From Mucilaginibacter sp. (GTDB lineage: Bacteria; Bacteroidota; Bacteroidia; Sphingobacteriales; Sphingobacteriaceae), in assembly GCA_019235595.1 (NCBI GenBank), contig JAFAKI010000156.1, forward strand, positions 1 to 33,422: a stretch of 33,422 nucleotides of DNA, given 5' to 3'. The position numbers and the translations under genes are program-made. How positions within the stretch are numbered: the stretch's first letter is position 1; each line of letters opens with the position of its first letter. Positions 26,247-33,422 of this stretch are shown piece by piece. The notes under the pieces were generated by a model, which searched no databases, was not told the DNA's origin, and was given only the letters and a program-made list of their open reading frames with translations.

Positions 26247-27239
26247 TTACGCCATTTCTTCAGAGTAATGTTCTGCTACCTCAAATAATATCTCCAACAC
26301 CTCTTCCACGCTGGCTGCGGTGACCAATTTCATCCGAAATTCCTTAAAATGGTCTACTCCTTTAAAGTAGTTAGAATAGTGCCTGCGCATCTCAAAAAGG
26401 CCTGTTTTGGGCCCTTTCCATTCTACAGACTTCTCTAAGTGAGTCTTGCAAACCCCTATGCGCTCGGCAATTGTGGGTTTGTCAAGATAATGTCCTGTTT
26501 TAAAAAAGTGCTTTATTTCCCGGAATACCCAGGGATATCCGATGGCTGCACGGCCCACCATCATGCCATCAACTTCGTATTCTAATCGCCAATCGGCGGC
26601 TTTTCGCGGCGAGTCGATATCGCCATTTCCAAAAATGGGGATTTTTATCCTCGGATTTTTTTTTATTTCGCGAATTAGCGACCAGTCGGCATCACCTTTA
26701 TACATCTGCGATCGGGTTCGGCCATGAATCGTCAATGCCTGTATTCCCACATCCTGCAGGCGCTCAGCCACTTCATATACATTTTTGGTGTTATCGTCCC
26801 ATCCAAGGCGGGTTTTAACAGTAACGGGTAAATGGGTAGCTTCTACAACAGCTTTTGTCATGGCTACCATTTTAGGAATATCCTGCAGCAGACTTGCCCC
26901 AGCGCCACGGCATGCGACGTTTTTTACCGGGCAGCCATAATTGATGTCCATCAGGTCAGGATTAACCTCAGTTGCAATTTCGGTCGCCTCGCGCATATGG
27001 TCGATATCGCTACCAAATATTTGTATACCTATCGGCCGTTCGTACTCAAAAATGTCCAGCTTTTGCCTGCTTTTTGCGGCGTCACGTATCAATCCTTCCG
27101 ACGAAATGAACTCGGTATACATCATATCCGCACCGTTCTGCTTGCACACATAACGGAAAGGCGGATCGCTCACATCCTCCATCGGCGCCAGCAGCAGCGG
27201 AAATTCTCCGAGATCAATATTTCCTATTTTTACAGACAT
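26247..27239 (-). CDS. dusB: tRNA-dihydrouridine synthase DusB
   Basis: LAPMEDVSD, DINYGCP, PVTVKTRLGWD, IHGRTR, GNGDI, MVGRAAIGYPW; ATG 27239. Confidence 0.93.
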   Translation of the reverse strand: MSVKIGNIDLGEFPLLLAPMEDVSDPPFRYVCKQNGADMMYTEFISSEGLIRDAAKSRQKLDIFEYERPIGIQIFGSDIDHMREATEIATEVNPDLMDINYGCPVKNVACRGAGASLLQDIPKMVAMTKAVVEATHLPVTVKTRLGWDDNTKNVYEVAERLQDVGIQALTIHGRTRSQMYKGDADWSLIREIKKNPRIKIPIFGNGDIDSPRKAADWRLEYEVDGMMVGRAAIGYPWVFREIKHFFKTGHYLDKPTIAERIGVCKTHLEKSVEWKGPKTGLFEMRRHYSNYFKGVDHFKEFRMKLVTAASVEEVLEILFEVAEHYSEEMA

Positions 27240-27283
27240 CTTTATCTTTATCCGACGCAAAAATACGAATTTAGCGCCAAAAT

Positions 27284-28237
27284 ATGTCAGAGCTCCATCA
27301 TAACCCCATACCACACAAGCAAATACATTATGCCTATCAATTTCTGGCAGTTATCGGATTACTAATCCTGACGCTTATTGTAGGAACCCTCTCAGGGATG
27401 GTAATTATTAAGATAATTTATGGCAGCAAAACACTATGGAATGTTTTGGAGGCTAAACTTACCGCTCCGAATGTAAGCGGATCGCTATGGATATTACAGT
27501 TTTTCGGAACGACTTTACCGATCCTGGTTACCCCTATCATATTTTCCTACTTTATCGCGCGCGAACCCGACGAATACCTGAAAACCAACTTCCATTTCCC
27601 ATGGCTGCTGATTGCAATTGTGTTTGTAGCGATGATGCTTTCTAACCCGCTCATAGAGTTTTTGGGTAACCTGAATGAAAAAATGGTATTACCCAAATTT
27701 TTGAAAGGAGTGGAGGACTGGATGCGCCAGAGTGAGAATGAGACCAAAAAGCTTTCTGATACCATGATGGAAATGCGCTCTTTTTCGGCAATGATATTCA
27801 ATCTGCTGTTTATTGGTTTGCTGACAGCGATAGTAGAGGAAGTATTATTCCGGGGCTGCCTGCAAACCATATTTGTGCGTTGGACTAACAGTAAACATGC
27901 AGCTGTATGGATTGTAGCGATATTATTCAGCGCCTTCCACATGGAGTTCTTTGGGTTTTTGCCCAGAATGTTTCTCGGCGTACTGTTCGGATACTTTACC
28001 GTTTGGAGCGGCAGCGTTTGGCCGTCAATTTGGGCGCATTTTGTGAATAACGGCACCATTGTGGTGATCACTTACCTGGCGGGACAAAAAATAATTGATA
28101 TCAATGTGGATGATCAGCATGTGTTTAGCAATGCCATTTACGTAGCGAGCCTTATCATAACGATGGCGTTGCTGTATTTTTATCATTATATTGCAGTAAA
28201 AAGGCAAATTGCAGATCATGGAGAAGAACTGGGTTAG
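27284..28237 (+). CDS. CPBP (CAAX/Abi) family intramembrane metalloprotease
   Basis: EEVLFRG, FSAFH, AHFVNN; multiple TM segments. Confidence 0.92.
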   Translation: MSELHHNPIPHKQIHYAYQFLAVIGLLILTLIVGTLSGMVIIKIIYGSKTLWNVLEAKLTAPNVSGSLWILQFFGTTLPILVTPIIFSYFIAREPDEYLKTNFHFPWLLIAIVFVAMMLSNPLIEFLGNLNEKMVLPKFLKGVEDWMRQSENETKKLSDTMMEMRSFSAMIFNLLFIGLLTAIVEEVLFRGCLQTIFVRWTNSKHAAVWIVAILFSAFHMEFFGFLPRMFLGVLFGYFTVWSGSVWPSIWAHFVNNGTIVVITYLAGQKIIDINVDDQHVFSNAIYVASLIITMALLYFYHYIAVKRQIADHGEELG

Positions 28238-28430
28238 AATTTTTACGAGTTTCAACTATTACCAGGCAGAAATTGTGAAGCAAGTGCTTACAGAAAATCA
28301 GATCGACGCTGTTTTATTAAATAAACAAGACTCTTCTCATCGTACTTTTGGCGACATCGAAGTATATATTCATCAACAGGATTTTAGCAATGCTATAGAG
28401 ATCATGATCCTGAACCAAATTAACTTATGA
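28218..28430 (+). CDS. DUF2007-like small protein
   Basis: MEKNWVRIF..YQAEIVKQVLTENQIDAVLLNKQDS..IEVYI; its stop overlaps the cdsA start (ATGA). Confidence 0.8.
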   Translation: MEKNWVRIFTSFNYYQAEIVKQVLTENQIDAVLLNKQDSSHRTFGDIEVYIHQQDFSNAIEIMILNQINL

Positions 28431-29248
28431 AAACACGCGCCATAACCGGCTTCTTTTTTGTTATTGTAATGCTTGCCTCCATATTGCTGGGTCAATATGT
28501 ATTCAGAGTATTTTATTTAATACTGTGCACTTTTGCCTTGTATGAATTTTATGGATTGGTAAAGCAAACTAATATTAAGCCGTCTTTAATCTTAGGCCTG
28601 ATAACAGGTATTTTGCTTTATGTAATATTTACCTCACTTGCTATAGACAATAGCGATCCCCCGATGAACCATTTGCTACTTGCACTAGTGCCATGTTTTG
28701 CAGCTATATTTATTCAGGAGCTCTTCAGAGAATCGTCATCGCCGTTTACAAATATTGCTTACACTGTTTTTGGTTTGCTGTTTACTGTAATACCTTTTTG
28801 TTTCTTTAGTGCTTTAGCGTATTTGAACAGTTATACAGGCTTTAATTTTCATATTCCGCTGGCTTTTCTAATCATGCTTTGGTCCAATGATACCGGAGCT
28901 TACCTGAGTGGTTATTTCTTTGGGCGGACAAAGTTGTTTGAGCGTCATTCGCCTAAAAAAACATGGGAAGGGTTTATTGGTGGTGTATTGATTGCTGCTG
29001 TTGCCGGCTATATCCTGAGTAACTTTTATCATGAATTATCCTGGGACAAATGGGTGATCATGGCTGTCCTGATCGGCTGTTTTGGTACGCTGGGCGATCT
29101 GGTGGAGTCCATGTTCAAGCGCAGTATTAATATTAAAGACTCCGGGGGCATATTACCTGGCCACGGCGGCCTGCTCGACCGATTCGATGGCCTTCTTCTA
29201 TCGGCCCCAATTGTTTATGCGTACCTCTACTTAATTACAAATTCTTAA
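28427..29248 (+). CDS. cdsA: Phosphatidate cytidylyltransferase
   Basis: NDTGAY, SPKKTWEG, GDLVESMFKRSINIKDSGGILPGHGGLLDRFD. Confidence 0.96.
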   Translation: MKTRAITGFFFVIVMLASILLGQYVFRVFYLILCTFALYEFYGLVKQTNIKPSLILGLITGILLYVIFTSLAIDNSDPPMNHLLLALVPCFAAIFIQELFRESSSPFTNIAYTVFGLLFTVIPFCFFSALAYLNSYTGFNFHIPLAFLIMLWSNDTGAYLSGYFFGRTKLFERHSPKKTWEGFIGGVLIAAVAGYILSNFYHELSWDKWVIMAVLIGCFGTLGDLVESMFKRSINIKDSGGILPGHGGLLDRFDGLLLSAPIVYAYLYLITNS

Positions 29249-29269
29249 TTTTGCATAAAATATCATAAA

Positions 29270-30010
29270 ATGACTATCCACAAAGAGGGATATACCTCCA
29301 TTGCGCTGTGCGTGCTGTTTATATTCGTAGTAAATGCCATCATCCAGTTTTACTACCCCGATGCACATGTGCTCAGATGGATCGTATATATATTATCATT
29401 CGCGTTATTTATCATCATCCTGCAGTTTTTCCGCAGTCCGCATTTTCATATCAATATTGATGAAAAACAGGTGCTTTGCCCAGCCGATGGTAAAGTGGTG
29501 GTGATTGAAGAAACTGAAGAGTCAGAATTTTTAAAAGACCGTCGCATACAGATATCGGTATTTATGTCACCCATAAACGTGCACGTAAACCGTAACCCAA
29601 TTGCGGGCGTGGTAAAATACTTCAGATATCACCCCGGAAAGTATTTGGTAGCCTGGCACCCTAAATCGTCCACAGAAAACGAGCGTACCACTATTGTGAT
29701 CGAAAACAATAAGGGGGTACCCGTTCTGTTCAGGCAGATAGCCGGTGCAATGGCCCGTCGTATTGTATGGTATGTAAAAGAAGGTGATAAGGTAGAACAA
29801 GGCGCTCAGTTTGGTTTTATCAAATTTGGTTCAAGAGTGGATGTTTTCCTGCCATTGGGAACAAAGATCAATGTAGGCCTTGGCGAAGTAGTAAAAGGCG
29901 GTCGCACGGTATTGGCAACATTGGCTGAGCCGGTTAAGGCAAAGGCGGAGCCCGTAATTGTAGAAGAGGCCGCTGCGCCGAAAGCGAAGGCTGTTAGGAA
30001 GAAGACGTAA
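29270..30010 (+). CDS. psd: Phosphatidylserine decarboxylase proenzyme
   Basis: FFRSP, PADGKV, FMSPINVHVNRNP, IAGAMARRI, KFGSRVD (self-cleavage GS). Confidence 0.93.
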   Translation: MTIHKEGYTSIALCVLFIFVVNAIIQFYYPDAHVLRWIVYILSFALFIIILQFFRSPHFHINIDEKQVLCPADGKVVVIEETEESEFLKDRRIQISVFMSPINVHVNRNPIAGVVKYFRYHPGKYLVAWHPKSSTENERTTIVIENNKGVPVLFRQIAGAMARRIVWYVKEGDKVEQGAQFGFIKFGSRVDVFLPLGTKINVGLGEVVKGGRTVLATLAEPVKAKAEPVIVEEAAAPKAKAVRKKT

Positions 30011-30013
30011 AAC

Positions 30014-30114
30014 TGTCTGAACCATGATTTTCTTGATTTAAGGATTTCCTGATTTTAATATGTAAAGAACAAAATCATGTTAATCAATTAATCCGACGAA
30101 TCATGGTTCAGACA
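30014..30114. repeat. 101-bp MITE/REP-like element with perfect 16-bp terminal inverted repeats
   Basis: TGTCTGAACCATGATT ... AATCATGGTTCAGACA; internal 4x GATT / 4x AATC. Confidence 0.8.
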
Positions 30115-30127
30115 AATAGCACCACGC

Positions 30128-30158
30128 AAAAAGCCCCGATGAATTTCATCGGGGCTTT
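30128..30158. terminator. Terminator hairpin downstream of rplS
   Basis: AAAGCCCCGATGAA-T-TTCATCGGGGCTTT perfect dyad; U-tract on the minus strand. Confidence 0.8.
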
Positions 30159-30179
30159 AATATTTTCAGTACAATAAGA

Positions 30180-30527
30180 TTATACTCTTTTTGATTTGAT
30201 ACGGGCTGCCTTACCGGTCAGATCGCGCAGGTAGAACAATTTAGCACGACGAACTTTACCGTAGCTGTTTACTTCTACTTTGTCAATGTTTGGCGAGTTG
30301 ATCGGGAAAATACGTTCAACACCGATACCGTTTGAAACTTTACGTACAGTAAAAGTTTCGTTGTTACCTACGCTATTGCGTTGGATAACCACACCCTGGT
30401 AAACCTGAATACGCTCTTTGTTACCTTCTCTGATTTTATAGTGTACGCTAACAGTATCACCCGCTTTAAATGCAGGAAGTTGCTTTTTTTCTACTGATTG
30501 CTCTTCAACAAATTTTACTAAATCCAT
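30180..30527 (-). CDS. rplS: 50S ribosomal protein L19
   Basis: [46 protein letters not shown]. Confidence 0.98.
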   Translation of the reverse strand: MDLVKFVEEQSVEKKQLPAFKAGDTVSVHYKIREGNKERIQVYQGVVIQRNSVGNNETFTVRKVSNGIGVERIFPINSPNIDKVEVNSYGKVRRAKLFYLRDLTGKAARIKSKRV

Positions 30528-30629
30528 GATTTTAAGCTCTTAAAAGCGATTTTTAGCCCGTAAAAATCGGATTGCAATAATAGGGATTTTATTTCTAAAT
30601 AAAAAACGGAATTTAAAAATTTCCACAAT

Positions 30630-30699
30630 TGACACGATTAATCAGATTTTATAGATTTTCATGATCCTGTTAAATCTATCAAATCCTTTAATCATGTTC
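30630..30699. repeat. Degenerate GATT/AATC periodic palindromic element related to 30014-30114
   Basis: GACACGATTaatcaGATTttataGATT...AATCtatcaAATCctttAATCATGTTC. Confidence 0.6.
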
Positions 30700-31373
30700 T
30701 ATTTGAGTAAGTCAGGCCTTCTGCTTTTCGTCCGTTCTACGGCCTGCTCAAAACGCCACTTTTCGATTTCGGGCGTATTACCGCTTAAGAGTATATCCGG
30801 TACTTTATGACCGTTCCAATCGGCAGGACGGGTATAAACCGGGGCGTCCAGCAAGTCATCCTGGAAAGAGTCGGAGAGGGCGGATGTTTCGTCGGATAAT
30901 ACACCCGGAATCAAGCGAACAACCGCATCTACTAACACAGCCGCCGGTAGTTCGCCGCCGGAAAGCACATAATCACCAATGGAAATCTCGCGGGTAACAA
31001 AAATATCGCGTATGCGTTGATCGATGCCTTTATAATGCCCGCAAAGAATAATGACATTCTTTTTGATGGACAGTTGATTCGCGATCTGCTGATTCAGTGT
31101 TTCCCCGTCCGGCGACATGAAAATGATTTCGTCATATTCCCGTTCTGATTTAAGCTGTTCGATACAGCGCGCAAATGGCTCGATAGTCATCACCATGCCG
31201 CTACCGCCGCCGTAGGGATAGTCGTCGACGCTTTTTTGCTTGTTGGTGGCATAATCGCGCAGATTGTGCACGTGTATTTCGGCAATGCCCTTTTTCTGTG
31301 CCCGCTGCAAAATAGAGTGAGCAAAAGGACTTTCCAGCAACGAAGGCAATACCGTAATCAGATCAAAGCGCAT
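30699..31373 (-). CDS. trmD: tRNA (guanine-N1)-methyltransferase TrmD
   Basis: [39 protein letters not shown]. Confidence 0.97.
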   Translation of the reverse strand: MRFDLITVLPSLLESPFAHSILQRAQKKGIAEIHVHNLRDYATNKQKSVDDYPYGGGSGMVMTIEPFARCIEQLKSEREYDEIIFMSPDGETLNQQIANQLSIKKNVIILCGHYKGIDQRIRDIFVTREISIGDYVLSGGELPAAVLVDAVVRLIPGVLSDETSALSDSFQDDLLDAPVYTRPADWNGHKVPDILLSGNTPEIEKWRFEQAVERTKSRRPDLLK

Positions 31374-31392
31374 GGCGCAAAGATAGTTTGTT

Positions 31393-31471
31393 AAAGCGGA
31401 AAGCTAAAAGCAGAAAGGCGAAAGCTTTTTCATGTAAGAGCTTTCAGCTTTGGTCTTTGAGCTTTAAGCTT
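31393..31471. repeat. Inverted array of 7-bp-period AAAGC/GCTTT units
   Basis: AAAGCGG AAAGCTA AAAGCAG AAAGGCG AAAGCTT ... AGCTTTC AGCTTTG GTCTTTG AGCTTTA AGCTT. Confidence 0.75.
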
Positions 31472-32669
31472 AAGACGGTTCTTGATATAAGCCGAAAACA
31501 TTTCCGGCCGGATCACTGAAACGGGCGGTTATCTCTGGCGCATCCATGCCGATAGGTTGAACTATTTTGCCTCCGTTGGCTACTATTGCATCGACGGTTT
31601 CTTCCACACTGTCCATCATGATATAGACCAATAATCCGGGTTCCGTAGATGGTTTATGTTGATTGGTCCACATGCCGCTTACTACGCCCACGCCGTCATC
31701 AAAGGCGGCATTTCCTTGGTTTTCGCTGCGTATAGGCCAGCCAAGTACTGCTTCATAAAAATTAGCCGATTTTGAAACGTCATCTGCGGGGATTTCTACA
31801 TAACAGATTTTGCCGTTTCCTCCTCCCGGATGCTGATACAAGCCAAGCAGGTTCCCGGCTGGGTCATTAAACCACGCAATGATCTCATGTTCACTCAAAT
31901 TCATTTGTTTGATGATTGGACAGCCACGATCTGTGATCTTCTTCACCGTTTCGGCCACATCATCCACCATAATAGAAAGGATAAACCCCGCTTCATTGTG
32001 TTTTTTCCGACCAGTTACCCAGGTACCGCTTACCTCGTTGATGCCATCATCAAATGCCAATCGGCCATCTCGGCGTTTACGGATATTCCAGCCAAACACC
32101 TCGCTATAAAAAGCGGCAGACTGTGCGATATCATCTGCTGGAATTTCGACATAACATATTTTGCCATTGCCCAAAGTTGGCCCAGTTTCGTTTTCCATAT
32201 TATCAGATCGAATTTCAGCAAGAAGATCAATAATATTTACCCCCTGTATCAGTTCAATGCAATGCTGCGCCGCCAGCCCACAGGCTAGTTCAGACGTTAG
32301 CGGTGGATAAAGCCATATTGCCTTGCCGCCTAATGGCAGAACATGCTTTTCGACAATGCCAGGCAGTTCAGCTTCGGGACGGTAGATGTGGACTATATCC
32401 ACCATTCCCGGTGAGCCGTCTAATTTTTCAAATGAAACATAAGCTTCAATACCATCATCGGTAGCTGGAAAAATGCTCAGCCCTTCAGTATTATGCGGCT
32501 TTTCCTTCAGCAGCTTAGCCTCCGAATATTTATCCGGGCTATAGCTAAATACGATAAACCCAGCCTTCAGCAAAGCATAAGGCAATCCCGCATTCGGCCA
32601 GTCGACCAAAAGAATGCTTTTTGATTCGCCTAATAGCCTCTTCGCGTTGATATCAACTTGCTCTGTCAT
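31470..32669 (-). CDS. CoA-binding-like domain fused to two VOC/glyoxalase domains
   Basis: N-terminal VDIVHIYRP..GGKAIWL (YccU-like); two repeats GNGKICYVEIPADD...F.DPAGN..GLYQ. Confidence 0.8.
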   Translation of the reverse strand: MTEQVDINAKRLLGESKSILLVDWPNAGLPYALLKAGFIVFSYSPDKYSEAKLLKEKPHNTEGLSIFPATDDGIEAYVSFEKLDGSPGMVDIVHIYRPEAELPGIVEKHVLPLGGKAIWLYPPLTSELACGLAAQHCIELIQGVNIIDLLAEIRSDNMENETGPTLGNGKICYVEIPADDIAQSAAFYSEVFGWNIRKRRDGRLAFDDGINEVSGTWVTGRKKHNEAGFILSIMVDDVAETVKKITDRGCPIIKQMNLSEHEIIAWFNDPAGNLLGLYQHPGGGNGKICYVEIPADDVSKSANFYEAVLGWPIRSENQGNAAFDDGVGVVSGMWTNQHKPSTEPGLLVYIMMDSVEETVDAIVANGGKIVQPIGMDAPEITARFSDPAGNVFGLYQEPS

Positions 32670-32685
32670 AAACTCAAATTTAGAT

Positions 32686-32822
32686 TGTCATTTCGATGAG
32701 CGGTAGGGTATTGAGTGTGGGGGCGAAGAGAAATCTTGTACGCCCTGCAAAGTCTGCGAGCAGCTTGTATAAGATTTCTCCTCACGCCTTCGCTGTTCCC
32801 CGCGCTGTTCGTCGAAATGACA
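32686..32822. repeat. 137-bp nested-palindrome REP/MITE-like element
   Basis: Outer TGTCATTTCGA/TCGAAATGACA; inner GAGAAATCTTGTAC/GTATAAGATTTCTC. Confidence 0.8.
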
Positions 32823-32833
32823 TGGTTTTTAAA

Positions 32834-33034
32834 TTAATCGGTATCTTCCAGTATAAAGATTTCTTCCACCGGTTTGTTGAACACTCTTGCAATTTTTAGT
32901 GCCAGCACCGTTGAGGGCACGTACTTATTGCTCTCGATGGTATTGATGGTTTGTCGCGATACGCCTACTGTCTCGGCCAGCTCGGCTTGGGTGATATTTT
33001 TGATGGCGCGCTCCACTCTTATATTATTCTTCAT
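32834..33034 (-). CDS. XRE-family helix-turn-helix transcriptional regulator
   Basis: ITQAELAETVGVSRQTINTIESNKYVPSTVLALKIARVF..VEEIF. Confidence 0.93.
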   Translation of the reverse strand: MKNNIRVERAIKNITQAELAETVGVSRQTINTIESNKYVPSTVLALKIARVFNKPVEEIFILEDTD

Positions 33035-33037
33035 TGC

Positions 33038-33422
33038 TCAACCCTCCCGGCTTAATGAACGGTTAAGACGCCAGATCACCCATCTGAAACGAATAATGAA
33101 AAATATGAGCGGCACCCACAGGTTCAGCTCCAGCATGTGCGGAACGTCCTCAATAAACACCAAACAAATGATGATCACCAGGTAGTTAACAAAAATGGCC
33201 CAGCGCAGTGAATCGAGGCGGATTTGCCAAATTTGTTCGTCTTCTATTTTCTCCTTAGCAAATGCCACAAGGAACAAACCGGTTGCCATTAGTAAGGCAG
33301 TGCAAATAAAAAACAAATGCTCACCAGCAAATATGCCCTGATCTCGGCGCTGCGCATCCATAATATTGATCATGCCATGTGAGCGGCCTAGCATGCTCAA
33401 CGGTACATGTAATAGCACCAGG
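33038..33422 (-). CDS. Membrane protein; 5' end probably outside the window
   Basis: Hydrophobic, AKEKIEDE..QIRLDSL motif; the frame is open to the window edge and lies directly upstream of the XRE gene. Confidence 0.7.
   Translation of the reverse strand, partial: LVLLHVPLSMLGRSHGMINIMDAQRRDQGIFAGEHLFFICTALLMATGLFLVAFAKEKIEDEQIWQIRLDSLRWAIFVNYLVIIICLVFIEDVPHMLELNLWVPLIFFIIRFRWVIWRLNRSLSREG

Noticed and set aside
26832-28071. Long alternative ORFs 26832-27365 (+) and 27547-28071 (-)
   Set aside because: Antisense to dusB and the CPBP protease, with no recognisable motifs.
27284-28237. CPBP/Abi protein as a phage-defence gene
   Set aside because: It sits in a housekeeping lipid operon with cdsA and psd; the Abi label for this family does not imply abortive infection.
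32696-32899. 67-aa plus-strand ORF
   Set aside because: It runs through the palindromic element and antisense into the XRE gene.

Overview
A 33.4-kb, mostly housekeeping chromosomal segment from a Bacteroidota bacterium. It is probably Sphingobacteriaceae/Mucilaginibacter-like; that is inferred from protein style, TAnnTTTG promoters and A-rich start contexts. Recognisable genes: mnmG (3' end runs off the window), an ABC-F ATPase, pirin, mlaEFD-like genes, glutathione peroxidase, ybeY, marR-MFS, a GH10 xylanase, tRNA-Pro(GGG), apaG, dusB, cdsA, psd, rplS and trmD. Three parS-type palindromes suggest the region lies near the replication origin. The best candidate for an undescribed system is an unannotated 29-codon leader ORF (18115-18204, minus strand) ending in seven consecutive Cys codons. 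It sits between a strong promoter and a PhyH-family Fe/2OG dioxygenase gene, and a 20-bp operator-like palindrome beside it recurs (18/20 identical) upstream of a rhodanese-thioredoxin gene 3 kb away. Together these look like a cysteine-sensing translational attenuator inside a sulfur-limitation regulon. A second oddity is two tandem 5'-truncated tRNA-Pro copies whose anticodon arm is replaced by a REP-like hairpin; in copy 1 it is exactly the same length and shows an AGG anticodon. Several families of small palindromic intergenic elements are also present. No CRISPR array, integrase or transposase was seen. All functional calls come from motif recognition by eye, not database searches.
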